This document shows positions 9,618 to 19,190 of a stretch of 32,000 nt of DNA, piece after piece. Origin of the DNA: Desulfocapsa sulfexigens DSM 10523 (GTDB taxonomy: Bacteria; Desulfobacterota; Desulfobulbia; Desulfobulbales; Desulfocapsaceae); the NCBI RefSeq assembly GCF_000341395.1, contig NC_020304.1, forward strand, positions 2,640,001-2,672,000, given 5' to 3'. A model generated the notes under the pieces. The model was not told the origin of the DNA. It worked only from the letters and a program-made list of their open reading frames with translations, and made no database searches. Each line of letters begins with the position of its first letter. Within the stretch, counting starts at the first letter, position 1. The position numbers were made by a program, and so were the translations under genes.

Positions 9618-11423
9618 TCAAATGACGTGCTCTTCAGTGGAGACCGGCGGATGAATTGAGATAAGACTCAGCTCACACTCTGGTCGATCATTGCCGTTTG
9701 AATGAATGGGCAGACTGATGGTGATGGCAGTTCCCACTCCCGCACCACTCTCAACACGGATTTTGCCATGGTGTTGAGCAATGATCTTATAACATATTCC
9801 CAGCCCAAGTCCTGTTCCTTGTCCGACTGCTTTTTTGGTAAAGAACGGGTCAAAAATCCTTGGGAGATCTTCTTTCTCAATGCCACTTCCGGTGTCTGCA
9901 AAACGAATATGTACCATCTCTTCATCACAGGAGGTTGTGAGGGTGAGAGTGCCTTTTTTATCAGTGATTGCCTGAGTAGCATTATTCATTATATTGAGAA
10001 ATACCTGGTTGATCTTTCCTCCAGTGCAGAGTATCTCCGGAATTTCAGTGAATTCAGTTATGAGTTGTACCTTGTTTTTGTTTCTGAGATCCACAAACTT
10101 CCATGTGGAGAGAAGGGCTTTGTTGACATTGAATATATTAAAATCATCACTGTCCTGACGTGAAAACGAGGTGAGTTCCTGTATTATTTTGACACTGCGA
10201 CTACATCCTTCTGAGATAGAGTTCAGGACATGGTCGATATTGCTGTAGAGGTTTGTAATACCAATTGTTTTTCGTAATTTTTCTGCCCGCCTCAAACCTT
10301 CGAGCATTTCACTTTCAGTTTGTTTCGTTCCTGCCTCATGATAAGCCTCAGTAATCTTTTTGATTTCGGTTAGAGTTTTCCCCAGGATAGGTGCCGCAGT
10401 GACAATAAAGTTAATGTTGTTGTTGAACTCATGGGCGACCCCTGCAACCAATTGGCCCAGTGCTGCAAGTTTCTCGGTGTGAATCAGCTGAGCTTGAGCT
10501 TCTTTTGACTCCTGCAGTGCTTTCTCGAGGCTGGCATTACTTTTTTTGAGAGTGTCTTTTTTCTTATTAAGATCTTTATTTGCAAGGGCAAGTTCCTCGG
10601 TTCGTACTTTTACCTTTTCCTCAAGATTCTGGCGAAGTTCATCGATTGTGGAAAAAGACTGCTCAAGTCGTTCCAGTAACGTTGAATAGGTATTGTCCAG
10701 GATGTCGATTTCATCGTTATGTTTTCCTTCTCCATGAGCGTCTCCAACTTTATGAACCAGATCTCTCAGGGGACGCATCATTTTGTTTAGCAGGGTGATA
10801 GTGCTGAAGATGGCTAAAAACAGGGCAGTAGCAACCAGTATACCTGTTCGAATGATAAGCTGCTGAACCTCAATTTCAAATTTCTTTTTTGAAGTAGAGA
10901 TAGCCACCCATCCAATATGCTTTTTTTCTTGAATGGCAGTGGTTTTGTCTTGAAAATAGAGATCATCTTCATCATTGTAAGAAATACTGCTCATTACAGG
11001 CCACCAGAAGACAAAGGAATGAGGTCTGTCGAGAAAATGATTGCCTTCCAAATGAACTTTTGCCAGTTGGGTAAGGTAGTCATCATCTTCTCCTGCTGTT
11101 GCTTGATTATCGTGTTTGTCAAGGAGCACTTCTTTCTGGTTATTTAATATAACTACTCTGTAGATATCATCTTGGAGTAGCAGTGAATCAACCATTGGAT
11201 TCATCGCACTTGGCAGTTCAGAGAAGACGCCTATCTGGACCGACTGTGCCAGTAATCTGGCTGTGGCTAAGCCACTCTGACGGGTATGTCGAGTGTAACT
11301 TTTGCGTTGAATATTGATAAACAAGAGATCAAGACCAATGGCAAGAACCACCATGCCTCCAATAAAAAGGAGAAGAATTCGTGCATTATAGCTTCTCTTT
11401 ATATTTTTGATTGAGTTAATCAT
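9618..11423 (-). CDS. Membrane sensor histidine kinase
   Basis: N-terminal TM, periplasmic region, second TM, coiled coil, H-box QLVAGVAHEFNNNINFI, ATPase motifs (FADTGSGIEKEDLPRIFDPFFTKKAVGQGTGLGLGICYKI). Confidence 0.93.
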   Translation of the reverse strand: MINSIKNIKRSYNARILLLFIGGMVVLAIGLDLLFINIQRKSYTRHTRQSGLATARLLAQSVQIGVFSELPSAMNPMVDSLLLQDDIYRVVILNNQKEVLLDKHDNQATAGEDDDYLTQLAKVHLEGNHFLDRPHSFVFWWPVMSSISYNDEDDLYFQDKTTAIQEKKHIGWVAISTSKKKFEIEVQQLIIRTGILVATALFLAIFSTITLLNKMMRPLRDLVHKVGDAHGEGKHNDEIDILDNTYSTLLERLEQSFSTIDELRQNLEEKVKVRTEELALANKDLNKKKDTLKKSNASLEKALQESKEAQAQLIHTEKLAALGQLVAGVAHEFNNNINFIVTAAPILGKTLTEIKKITEAYHEAGTKQTESEMLEGLRRAEKLRKTIGITNLYSNIDHVLNSISEGCSRSVKIIQELTSFSRQDSDDFNIFNVNKALLSTWKFVDLRNKNKVQLITEFTEIPEILCTGGKINQVFLNIMNNATQAITDKKGTLTLTTSCDEEMVHIRFADTGSGIEKEDLPRIFDPFFTKKAVGQGTGLGLGICYKIIAQHHGKIRVESGAGVGTAITISLPIHSNGNDRPECELSLISIHPPVSTEEHVI

Positions 11424-11425
11424 AG

Positions 11426-12331
11426 TTATCGTGGGGAGGGGATGTAGTGAAGGTTAATCTTCTGGGCTGTTGTGGTATTGATTTTGATTTGTACGTTATC
11501 AGGCTGCACTGGATGAACGTCTGCAACAGGAACTCCAGCGAGTATTTGAAGTGCCAGTTCAGCTCCTTTTTCTCCAATTTCCTTCCAGTCTATAACAGTA
11601 GCCAGAGTGGCTCCATGGGACAGGTGCCTGGTGGAAAAACTAAAAAGAGGAATTTGCTGCTCAAGGGAGAAGCTGTAGTAGCTTTGTTCTGTCTGCGGTG
11701 ATACAGCTGTGATGTCCGGTACCATCCACAGAAGGTCGATTTTATTTTTTAAAGTTTCCAGCTGAGCTGCGACTTCTTTAGATGTTTTGATTGGTCTGAG
11801 AATGAAGGTGAGATCAGGCCTGGCTGCAACTGTTCGTAGAATCAGGGTTTCGGTTCTCTTGGGATCATAGACGACCCCAACTTTTTTAAGATTGGGAAGA
11901 ATTTTTAAAATTGCACTGAATTCGCTGCCGCCATCATGCTCCAAGGTGACTCCTGTGGCCTGGTGTCCCACAGGAAGGATGGATTGGGCATTGGGAACGA
12001 GAAGGTAAACCACAGGGCTGGAGCCAAGGGCTGCCATCTGTAAAGCTTTTTTGCCAATGGCAACCACCAGGTCTGGGTGTTGTTCTTCAATGATTTGGAG
12101 AACCGTAGAACGATTTCCTCCTTTTGTCATGGTATGGCTTTGAATAGAGTTTTCTGCGATGGCCTTGATGCCCTGGGTTGGAAGGCAAAGCTGCAAGCGC
12201 TCGGTAAATGCCCGCCGTGTGAGTTCGTAGGGGAGTGCCTCTCCAGATTGGATCACCAGGATTTCAAAGGCCCAGCTTTTTCCCAATAAGACCAAGAAAG
12301 AAAAGAGAGTGAGGAAAAGTGTTCGCTTCAT
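11426..12331 (-). CDS. ABC-transporter-type periplasmic substrate-binding protein (PF04392-like)
   Basis: Signal peptide MKRTLFLTLFSFLVLLGKSWA; LPNLKKVGVVYDPKRTE; 2-nt gap to the downstream kinase. Confidence 0.8.
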   Translation of the reverse strand: MKRTLFLTLFSFLVLLGKSWAFEILVIQSGEALPYELTRRAFTERLQLCLPTQGIKAIAENSIQSHTMTKGGNRSTVLQIIEEQHPDLVVAIGKKALQMAALGSSPVVYLLVPNAQSILPVGHQATGVTLEHDGGSEFSAILKILPNLKKVGVVYDPKRTETLILRTVAARPDLTFILRPIKTSKEVAAQLETLKNKIDLLWMVPDITAVSPQTEQSYYSFSLEQQIPLFSFSTRHLSHGATLATVIDWKEIGEKGAELALQILAGVPVADVHPVQPDNVQIKINTTTAQKINLHYIPSPR

Positions 12332-12684
12332 TCAGACCCCATAAGTGGGGAAAGTGGCTTAATATAATGTGGTTTTTGGCACCATAATTGACTGATTTCT
12401 AAGCAAAACGATCTTTATATAGCATATCGATTTAAGCAAGGAAAACAAGAAAAGATTACATCGTTTCTATTGCTAATATGATAAAAAGTTTCTGAATTGC
12501 TTCATATTGCAAGAACCTTGATTTAATTTTTCTTTAGATTTTTATTTTTGGGTGGTAAGTTTTTTTTGTGAATAAAATTGTGAGAAATTTGAGAGTTAGC
12601 AGTAGGAATTGATTTATACTCTTCTTTCCTTTCCTCCCCCAAAAAAAATAATACCCTTGTAATTAATAAACAGCAAACAAGTCT

Positions 12685-14595
12685 ATGGAGAATAAGAAAT
12701 TGAGAAAAATACTATCAAGTAAGAGCATTGGTCTTTCACTGGGTTTGATACTTTTGGCTCCCTGTGCATGGGCAGAGGTAAACTTCTCAGATTCTGATGA
12801 TGGAGATGAGTTCCTTGCCCTTTATTATGGTGACACCCAGGAGGTGGAGAGTGCCACTCGTGCTCCCAAGCCTCTGTCTCGGGTGGCCGAAAACGTGACT
12901 GTTATTTCCGCAGAACAGATCGAAAGGATGAATGTTCATGGGGTGGATGAGGTGCTTAACCGGATTGCCGGTCTCTCTGTCGATTTTGCAGGTAGAGATT
13001 TTAACAATGCAGCCTATTTGAGTATCCATGATTCCAGCTACCAGCAGGTAGCGGTCTATCTGGATGGTATCCGTATTTCCAAGGCCACCGATGATGTGAT
13101 CTTCACTAATATGGTGCCGGTACGCATCATCAAACGCATCGAAGTGATTAAGGGAGCAGCGGGCTCTACCTGGGGGTCTGCACTGGGCGGAGTGATTAAC
13201 ATTATCACCAAAGATACCGGAGAGGCCAGCCGGCCCAGCGGTTCGCTCCGCGGATCTTTTGGCGAGTACGGCAGCCAGGATTACTCCGGGGATATTGCCG
13301 GGGCCTTTGGCCCTGTTGGTTATTATCTCTCAGCTACGGGTCAGAAGTCCGATGGCATCAAAGACGATAAAGCGTTTGAGAACAACAGTATCTATGGCAA
13401 GTTTGACTTTGATCTCTCTTCCAATATGCAATTGAGGGTGAGTGGAGCGTACACGGCACCGGAATACCAGATTAGTCACTTCCCACTCTCTGGATATGAC
13501 TTTGACGAGTATGTTACTGACCGCAGCAGCTTTGTTTCCGCCTCCTTTGATGCCATGGTCGTAAGTGGACTCAATCTTCACCTCAATGGCTATTTACTTG
13601 ATAACACCTTTATCCTCACAGATATAGACTTCGGTAGTGAGGTTCCCTGGTGGAAGGATCGTGATGAGCAGGAAACCACCGGCCTCAACGGGCGTATCGA
13701 TTACCATCTGGGCAAGCAGCAACTTGTGGCAGGTTTTGACTATCTGCGCAATAAAATTACCAGTAGTGATGAGCTGTCAACGGCTCCAGCTGCCAAACTC
13801 AGTGAAGAAACCCTTGCCTTTTATGGCAATGACACCATTGCCTTTGGCAAGCTGACCCTCGTCCCCGGCCTCCGCTATGACCGGATGTCGGATACCAGCG
13901 ATATGACCAGCCCCAGTCTTGGTGCCACCTGGCTGGCTGCCGAACACACCCTGCTCAGGGCTACCGTCAGCAAAGGATTCCGCAAACCTCCCATCGTTTT
14001 CACAGATACTGACAATGGGGCCTCGTGGGCTAACGATCAACTGGAGCCTGAACGGGTCTGGTCCTATCAGGTCGGATTGGAAACCGGGGCGGCCCGTTTC
14101 TGCCGCATTAAAAGTACCTTTTTCTATGATGATGTCAGCGATGCCTTCCATTGGGATGCTGATCTTTCCACCTATGATAATAGTGGCACCGAGACCCGAA
14201 AGGGGATAGAGCTTGAACTAGCTACTCTTCCCTGGAATTCCCTCTCCCTGGAGATGAATTTCACCTATACCCACACCGAGGATGATAATGGTGAAAATGG
14301 CTATCAACACGTCACCAACCTTATAGCCCTCTATGACAACCCAAATCTGATCACAGTGGAACTGAGCGGTAACTTTATCCACTACGGTGACCTGGAGGCC
14401 CCTGCTGCCTACAATCCTGTGGATGACGCCGTACTCTGGGATATCAGTATCAGTAAAAAAATCTGGTCAAATAAAGAGCTTAGCAGTGAGATCTTCTTTG
14501 TGGGTCATAACCTCACCAACGCCAGTCAGTACGCAGACGAATTACGAGCCAACTGTGGGCGCTGGCTGGAGGCAGGAATGAAGTTCTTTTTTTAA
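12685..14595 (+). CDS. TonB-dependent outer membrane receptor
   Basis: Signal peptide, plug domain (ENVTVISAEQIERMNVHGVDEVLNRIAGLSVDFAGRD, RIEVIKGAAGSTWGSALGGVINIITKD), beta-barrel repeats, C-terminal aromatic ending MKFFF. Confidence 0.95.
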   Translation: MENKKLRKILSSKSIGLSLGLILLAPCAWAEVNFSDSDDGDEFLALYYGDTQEVESATRAPKPLSRVAENVTVISAEQIERMNVHGVDEVLNRIAGLSVDFAGRDFNNAAYLSIHDSSYQQVAVYLDGIRISKATDDVIFTNMVPVRIIKRIEVIKGAAGSTWGSALGGVINIITKDTGEASRPSGSLRGSFGEYGSQDYSGDIAGAFGPVGYYLSATGQKSDGIKDDKAFENNSIYGKFDFDLSSNMQLRVSGAYTAPEYQISHFPLSGYDFDEYVTDRSSFVSASFDAMVVSGLNLHLNGYLLDNTFILTDIDFGSEVPWWKDRDEQETTGLNGRIDYHLGKQQLVAGFDYLRNKITSSDELSTAPAAKLSEETLAFYGNDTIAFGKLTLVPGLRYDRMSDTSDMTSPSLGATWLAAEHTLLRATVSKGFRKPPIVFTDTDNGASWANDQLEPERVWSYQVGLETGAARFCRIKSTFFYDDVSDAFHWDADLSTYDNSGTETRKGIELELATLPWNSLSLEMNFTYTHTEDDNGENGYQHVTNLIALYDNPNLITVELSGNFIHYGDLEAPAAYNPVDDAVLWDISISKKIWSNKELSSEIFFVGHNLTNASQYADELRANCGRWLEAGMKFFF

Positions 14596-14728
14596 AAGAA
14601 TAATAGAATGGAAGTACCTGACAGGAGAAGACGCAACAAGAGTATTTAATCCTCCAGTGAAAATGCCAACTGTACTCACTGGAATAGTTATCAATCCTCA
14701 AACAAGGAGATGAACATGAAGAAAATCC

Positions 14729-15154
14729 TTGTTGTTCGGATGGCTCCCTGAAGCCGCCATATTTCTTAGACAGCAGCTCATGGATTACGGTTGGGATTCC
14801 GACGGGATCACCCCCACGCCCTGTATGGTGGATCGCAACAATACCTTTACCATTCACTATGATGGAAATATCTACCAATGTCCGGCCCTTGTGGGCCAGG
14901 ATGAGCTGGCCTGTGGGGATATCCATCAAGGTATCCAAAACTATAGCAAGCAGTACCAGGTTAAAAACTGGGAGAACCATAAAGCCTGTCGCAATTGTCT
15001 TTATCTTCTGCTCTGTTTTGGTGGCTGTCGCTTTATGAAGTATCGTAAAGATCTCACCATGGATATCGACTGCAAAAAGAACTTCCTGGACGAAACCCTG
15101 GAATCTTTTGTTCTTCAGGATATAAAAGAAAGCAAAGTGCTTGTCAGAGAATAG
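14729..15154 (+). pseudogene. Remnant of a radical SAM/SPASM-domain protein (C-terminal SPASM part only)
   Basis: PTPCMVDRNNTFTIHYDGNIYQCPALVG...ENHKACRNCLYLLLCFGGCRFMKYRKD...DCKKNFLDETLESF. SPASM-style cysteine spacing; no CxxxCxxC radical SAM core upstream and no good start (TTG). Confidence 0.65.
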
Positions 15155-15500
15155 GAATTCTCTCTGCTGCAGTGATCCGATTCAAGATCTCATCCGTGTC
15201 CGCAATCCCGAACGTCATCACGAATACCTGTTGCTTTTTTCTTGCTAAGAAAGCTGGTTCTGCCCTCCACAAGATAACGTTTATATTCAGTCCTATTTAT
15301 TTTTATTTCTCTCCTTTTTGTGGTGCTAGTGATTTCAGTACTTCTGGCGTTTTTGGCTACTGTCCTGTCAAAAAAGACATATTTTATTCTGGACATTTGC
15401 CAAATTAAAACAGAGAATAATTTGAAGATTCAGTCAATTAATGCTTTTTCTTGTGAACAGTGATTCGGCTCTTCGAGAGCCATTACCATAGGTATTAATT

Positions 15501-16424
15501 ATGAATGCATTGGCGGAAACAGGTAGCCATAATGCGAATGAAGACACACTTCTGACGTTGCATATTAGTCAGGTTCCTGAAAATATCGGTCTCATTCGTA
15601 TTGTAAAAGATTTGGGTAATCCGAATAGAGAAGTTATAACTGATGGCTCCTGGTCAAAAGCAGAAATTAGACGTCTCAATAAAGAATATCCCCAGCTTGT
15701 GATTGAACTGCAGGTAACCTCTGAAGAAAAACTCTCTCTGCTGGTAAATCAGGTGACGAGCATCACAGAGAAAAGTTTTACGCTGGAAAAAATGTTCAAG
15801 GATGTAAATGCGGTAAAGGAAAGCTTAAAAGAGCGCGTAAGGGAGGTTTTCGATGATCAGATAATCTCCTTTAGAAATCGAATGACCATGACTTCATACG
15901 GTTTCAATGATGATATCTTAACAAAAAATGCTTCTTCATACAGTAACCTGATTACTTACTCAACCCAGTGTTTCGTCATTGGAATGCTCTTTGCAGAATA
16001 TCTTGATGAACTGAGTAGTCTCCAGAGAAATGTCTTAGGGAAATGTCTTATTCTTCACAAAATTGGGTATATAGAGACAATGAATGACTCTTCTAGCTTG
16101 TTAGATAGGACTGTTGCAATTTTAGAAAGTTCTGGATATGAAAGGGCCATTATACAGTTTGCAAAGAATCAAGGAACAGTAAGGTTTAAAAATAATAAAC
16201 TGAAAAATTTACTTCGAACCACAGAAATAGGGAAAATAGTAACCCATTATTGTAATTGTACAGTGAACTACCCAAGAATTACTCCACCATTTAAGACAAT
16301 AGAAAAATTCGAGGAAATTTTGGAGATATCAGGCAGACGGCGGGAGATGCTATTTGAACCAACCCTGTTGACAAAATTTGTTGAAATGATTCGTAAAGGG
16401 TTGGAGATGCCAGTAAGTAGGTAA
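15501..16424 (+). CDS. Hypothetical protein, possible degenerate HD-GYP-like domain
   Basis: 307-aa ORF. The C-terminal half resembles the HD-GYP layout (LGKCLILHKIGYI at the LLHDIGKI position; GRREMLFEPTLLTKFVE at the RG..FDPELV position) but lacks HD and GYP residues. Confidence 0.55.
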   Translation: MNALAETGSHNANEDTLLTLHISQVPENIGLIRIVKDLGNPNREVITDGSWSKAEIRRLNKEYPQLVIELQVTSEEKLSLLVNQVTSITEKSFTLEKMFKDVNAVKESLKERVREVFDDQIISFRNRMTMTSYGFNDDILTKNASSYSNLITYSTQCFVIGMLFAEYLDELSSLQRNVLGKCLILHKIGYIETMNDSSSLLDRTVAILESSGYERAIIQFAKNQGTVRFKNNKLKNLLRTTEIGKIVTHYCNCTVNYPRITPPFKTIEKFEEILEISGRRREMLFEPTLLTKFVEMIRKGLEMPVSR

Positions 16425-16451
16425 TTATATGAAACTGTTTGTAATAATCAA

Positions 16452-16501
16452 GCGACTCCAGGAATCGAAGTCCAGTATTCTATCCAGCTGAACCATGAGT
16501 G
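16452..16501 (-). pseudogene. Partial tRNA-Arg(TCG) remnant (acceptor 5' strand, D arm and anticodon arm only)
   Basis: gcgactccaggaatcgaagtccagtattctatccagctgaaccatgagtg differs at about 9 of 50 positions from the intact tRNA-Arg at 29005-29081 (acgactcccggattcgaagtccggtgctctatccagctgagctatgggtg). T arm and 3' end absent. Confidence 0.65.
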
Positions 16502-16592
16502 TTGTTGTGTGGTGCTTCAGATAATAAATATCTCTTATGTCCTGTTGGGAGTGCTCTTTTTTTTGTGGTGGCACAAATAACGCGGGAAACGC

Positions 16593-19169
16593 CTATTCAG
16601 GCGGTTCAATTTTTGATTGTAATTCCGGTTCTAAGTTATCAATGTTCCTTGCTGCTTCATCGGCTTTAAATTTGGCCTTGATCGCACGACGATGAGCTTT
16701 TTCGGCATCGGACTCAGCATTAGCTATCTCTCTTTGCAGTTTTTCCCCCTCTTTAGGTGGAACTTTTTCGGGAACACTTTTCTCTTCCAGAATACTGAGT
16801 TGACTGCTCAGCTTTTCCACAAGCATCATTTTTTCAGCGGCAATTTTTTCAGCTGCCGCTGATTTTTTCAGTGCCAATTCCAGCTCATCGGTTGCCCGGC
16901 CGATCTGAGCCGGCAGACCTTCCTCAGGAGTTGCGTCAAGATCTATATCTTCAGCTGCCATAACCAGAGCGCAAACTGGAAGACGGGGGAGAGAGCGTTC
17001 AAAAGACTTCCCGGTGAGGTCAAGTAGACGATACTGGTCAATCTTCAGAGGAAGAAATACAAAAGCCGCATCTGCTGACTGCTGAACAATAGTGTCCGCT
17101 TCAAAGTTCTCAATGATTTCAGCGACGGCATCAATACGCACATCCTCCATGATTTTATTCAATTTTTCCTTTTCACGCTCAATGTGCAGCGTGTCGCTTT
17201 GAGTCAACACTCTGAGAGTAGCTTGATCCCATGGTTTATGTCGAGTCATCAGGTAGGCTAAAAGCAACATCAGGCGACTGGTACCATTTCCCTGCCACCA
17301 TATATCAATCCGGCGCCCTGCCATCGGTTCATCCAAAAGTCGGATCCAGGATTCATCGTCCATACTCAAGATCACGAGGTTTTTATGTTGTCGGAAAATA
17401 AGTTTAAGGTTTTTTGCGTAGGTATAGGCTCCAAGACCCGAAAGTGCTTTTACGGAGGCACCCATCCAGTTAAGAACCACCGTATTGGGACGCAAAGGCC
17501 CAATACCAGAACTTTGAAGAAGAACCCCCATGGCCTGGGTAAAATTTGAAGAACTTACGGTAAGGGGAAACATATCATAGTGGCCAGAAGCTATGGCCTG
17601 AGTCAATGCAAGGTGAGCAGCTTTATGCATTGCTCTGGCTTCCGCTCCCTCGCCTTCGATAATCTGTACAGCCTCTGTGAAGCCGCTGCCTCCTTCAATC
17701 CAGGAGGAAAATGTCAATAGAGGGATCCGATGCTCGGGAGTTTGGGTAAATACCAGCAGATGTGGACGCCAGTCGCGGGCATGCTCAGGTTCCTTGCCGG
17801 CGGCGAGAAGATGCCTGCGTACCTGCTGTAAATGGTGGGAACGTGAACTGTCAGCCCATCGGGTTGGACCGGCTGTGCGTTTCAGATATTGGTAAACAGC
17901 AAACAGCAGGGCAATAGCGGCAGCACCGCTTTTGAGATCAATTGCAAGCATGGCTGCTAAACAGAGAAAAAAACCTAATAAACTCAGGGAAGGTGAAAAC
18001 CATTTGAATCGTGGACGGAAAAAAGGACTCTCGGTTTTGGCCTCAAAATAGGTAGCATAGTTGAGCAATCCATATGAAATAAGGAAAAACATCGAAACGA
18101 CGCTGGCAACAAGATTTAATTTTCCAAGGGCAATTGTGACAAAGGCAATACCGGAGGAGAAGAGTAGGGCTCGACGAGGGTTAGCAGCAGGTCCATTTAC
18201 CTTGGCAAAGGGGGTCAGTAAAGAAAAAATCTTATCAGCAGCTAGGGATTGCAGGATCCGTGGCGCCCCCATAAGGGAAGCCATGGCAGAGGAAAGGGTG
18301 GCTGCAATAACCCCGGCATCAATAAGGAATCCAACTGCAGATACGTTTTTCATGGCACCGGAATCCGAAGAGAGAGTGGCATTTGACAGAACCCCGGCAA
18401 ACAGGATCGCTACGGAAAAATAGACAGCAATAGAGAGTCCAACGGCCCAGAAAGTTCCCAGAGGGATACTTTTTCCTGGATCAGCAAGGTCCCCGGACAT
18501 GCTCACCCCCTGAGTGAATCCGGTGACGGCTGGAAAGAAAATGGCAAAGAGGGCCCAAAAAGGAACACCGTTTTCCGGTGATGCCCAGTTGGCTGCAAGA
18601 ATTGCTGCATCCCAACTGCGGATTGTGCCAGCAAAGAAAGAGAGCAGGGCGGCGGCCAGCAGGGCCATGACGCCGAATTGAAATCTGGCGGCCCAGTCTG
18701 CACCCTGCCAGGCGAAAAAGAAAAGAAACACCACCGCACCGGATGCTATCAGCTGTATGGTCAGGTGGTGCATCCAGGGGAAAAAAGTACCAATAACCTC
18801 TGCAAATCCCATGCAGTAAAAAGCAATGGATACGCTTTGGGCCAGAAAAAGAACCAGCCCTATGGATCCACCAAATTCCGGGCCAAGGGTTCGGGAAATA
18901 AGATAGTAATCACCACCACCTTTAACCTTGAGGTTAGTAGCTACTGCAGACAGGGAAATGCTGGTAAGTACACTGATGAGATTTGCCAGGGCAATAATCA
19001 GCAGGGCTTTTCCCAGCCCGGCATTTCCCACCACATAACCCAGCCTCAGAAAGAGTATAATCCCTAGAATAGTAAGGATGCTGGGGGTGAAGACACCGTT
19101 AAAGGTACCCAGCTTACCTGCCGTTATTTTGGCTTCCGACGCTGCGGGGGGGGTGCTGAGTTCGTTCAC
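16593..19169 (-). CDS. APC-superfamily / SLC12 (cation-chloride-cotransporter-like) permease with cytoplasmic C-terminal region
   Basis: 858 aa; GVFTPSILTILGIILFLRLGYVVGNAG and MSGDLADPGKSIPLGT; about 12 TM segments; long soluble C-terminus ending in a coiled coil. Confidence 0.85.
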   Translation of the reverse strand: MNELSTPPAASEAKITAGKLGTFNGVFTPSILTILGIILFLRLGYVVGNAGLGKALLIIALANLISVLTSISLSAVATNLKVKGGGDYYLISRTLGPEFGGSIGLVLFLAQSVSIAFYCMGFAEVIGTFFPWMHHLTIQLIASGAVVFLFFFAWQGADWAARFQFGVMALLAAALLSFFAGTIRSWDAAILAANWASPENGVPFWALFAIFFPAVTGFTQGVSMSGDLADPGKSIPLGTFWAVGLSIAVYFSVAILFAGVLSNATLSSDSGAMKNVSAVGFLIDAGVIAATLSSAMASLMGAPRILQSLAADKIFSLLTPFAKVNGPAANPRRALLFSSGIAFVTIALGKLNLVASVVSMFFLISYGLLNYATYFEAKTESPFFRPRFKWFSPSLSLLGFFLCLAAMLAIDLKSGAAAIALLFAVYQYLKRTAGPTRWADSSRSHHLQQVRRHLLAAGKEPEHARDWRPHLLVFTQTPEHRIPLLTFSSWIEGGSGFTEAVQIIEGEGAEARAMHKAAHLALTQAIASGHYDMFPLTVSSSNFTQAMGVLLQSSGIGPLRPNTVVLNWMGASVKALSGLGAYTYAKNLKLIFRQHKNLVILSMDDESWIRLLDEPMAGRRIDIWWQGNGTSRLMLLLAYLMTRHKPWDQATLRVLTQSDTLHIEREKEKLNKIMEDVRIDAVAEIIENFEADTIVQQSADAAFVFLPLKIDQYRLLDLTGKSFERSLPRLPVCALVMAAEDIDLDATPEEGLPAQIGRATDELELALKKSAAAEKIAAEKMMLVEKLSSQLSILEEKSVPEKVPPKEGEKLQREIANAESDAEKAHRRAIKAKFKADEAARNIDNLEPELQSKIEPPE

Positions 19170-19190
19170 TTCTGTTCACCTGATAGTGTT

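Noticed and set aside
12332-12684. Possible cobalamin riboswitch upstream of the TonB receptor
   Set aside because: No B12-box-like sequence (e.g. GCCACTG) or GC-rich paired elements seen; the region is simply AT-rich.
15172-15408. Two overlapping short ORFs on opposite strands
   Set aside because: Biased composition, no RBS or recognisable motif; likely noncoding sequence.
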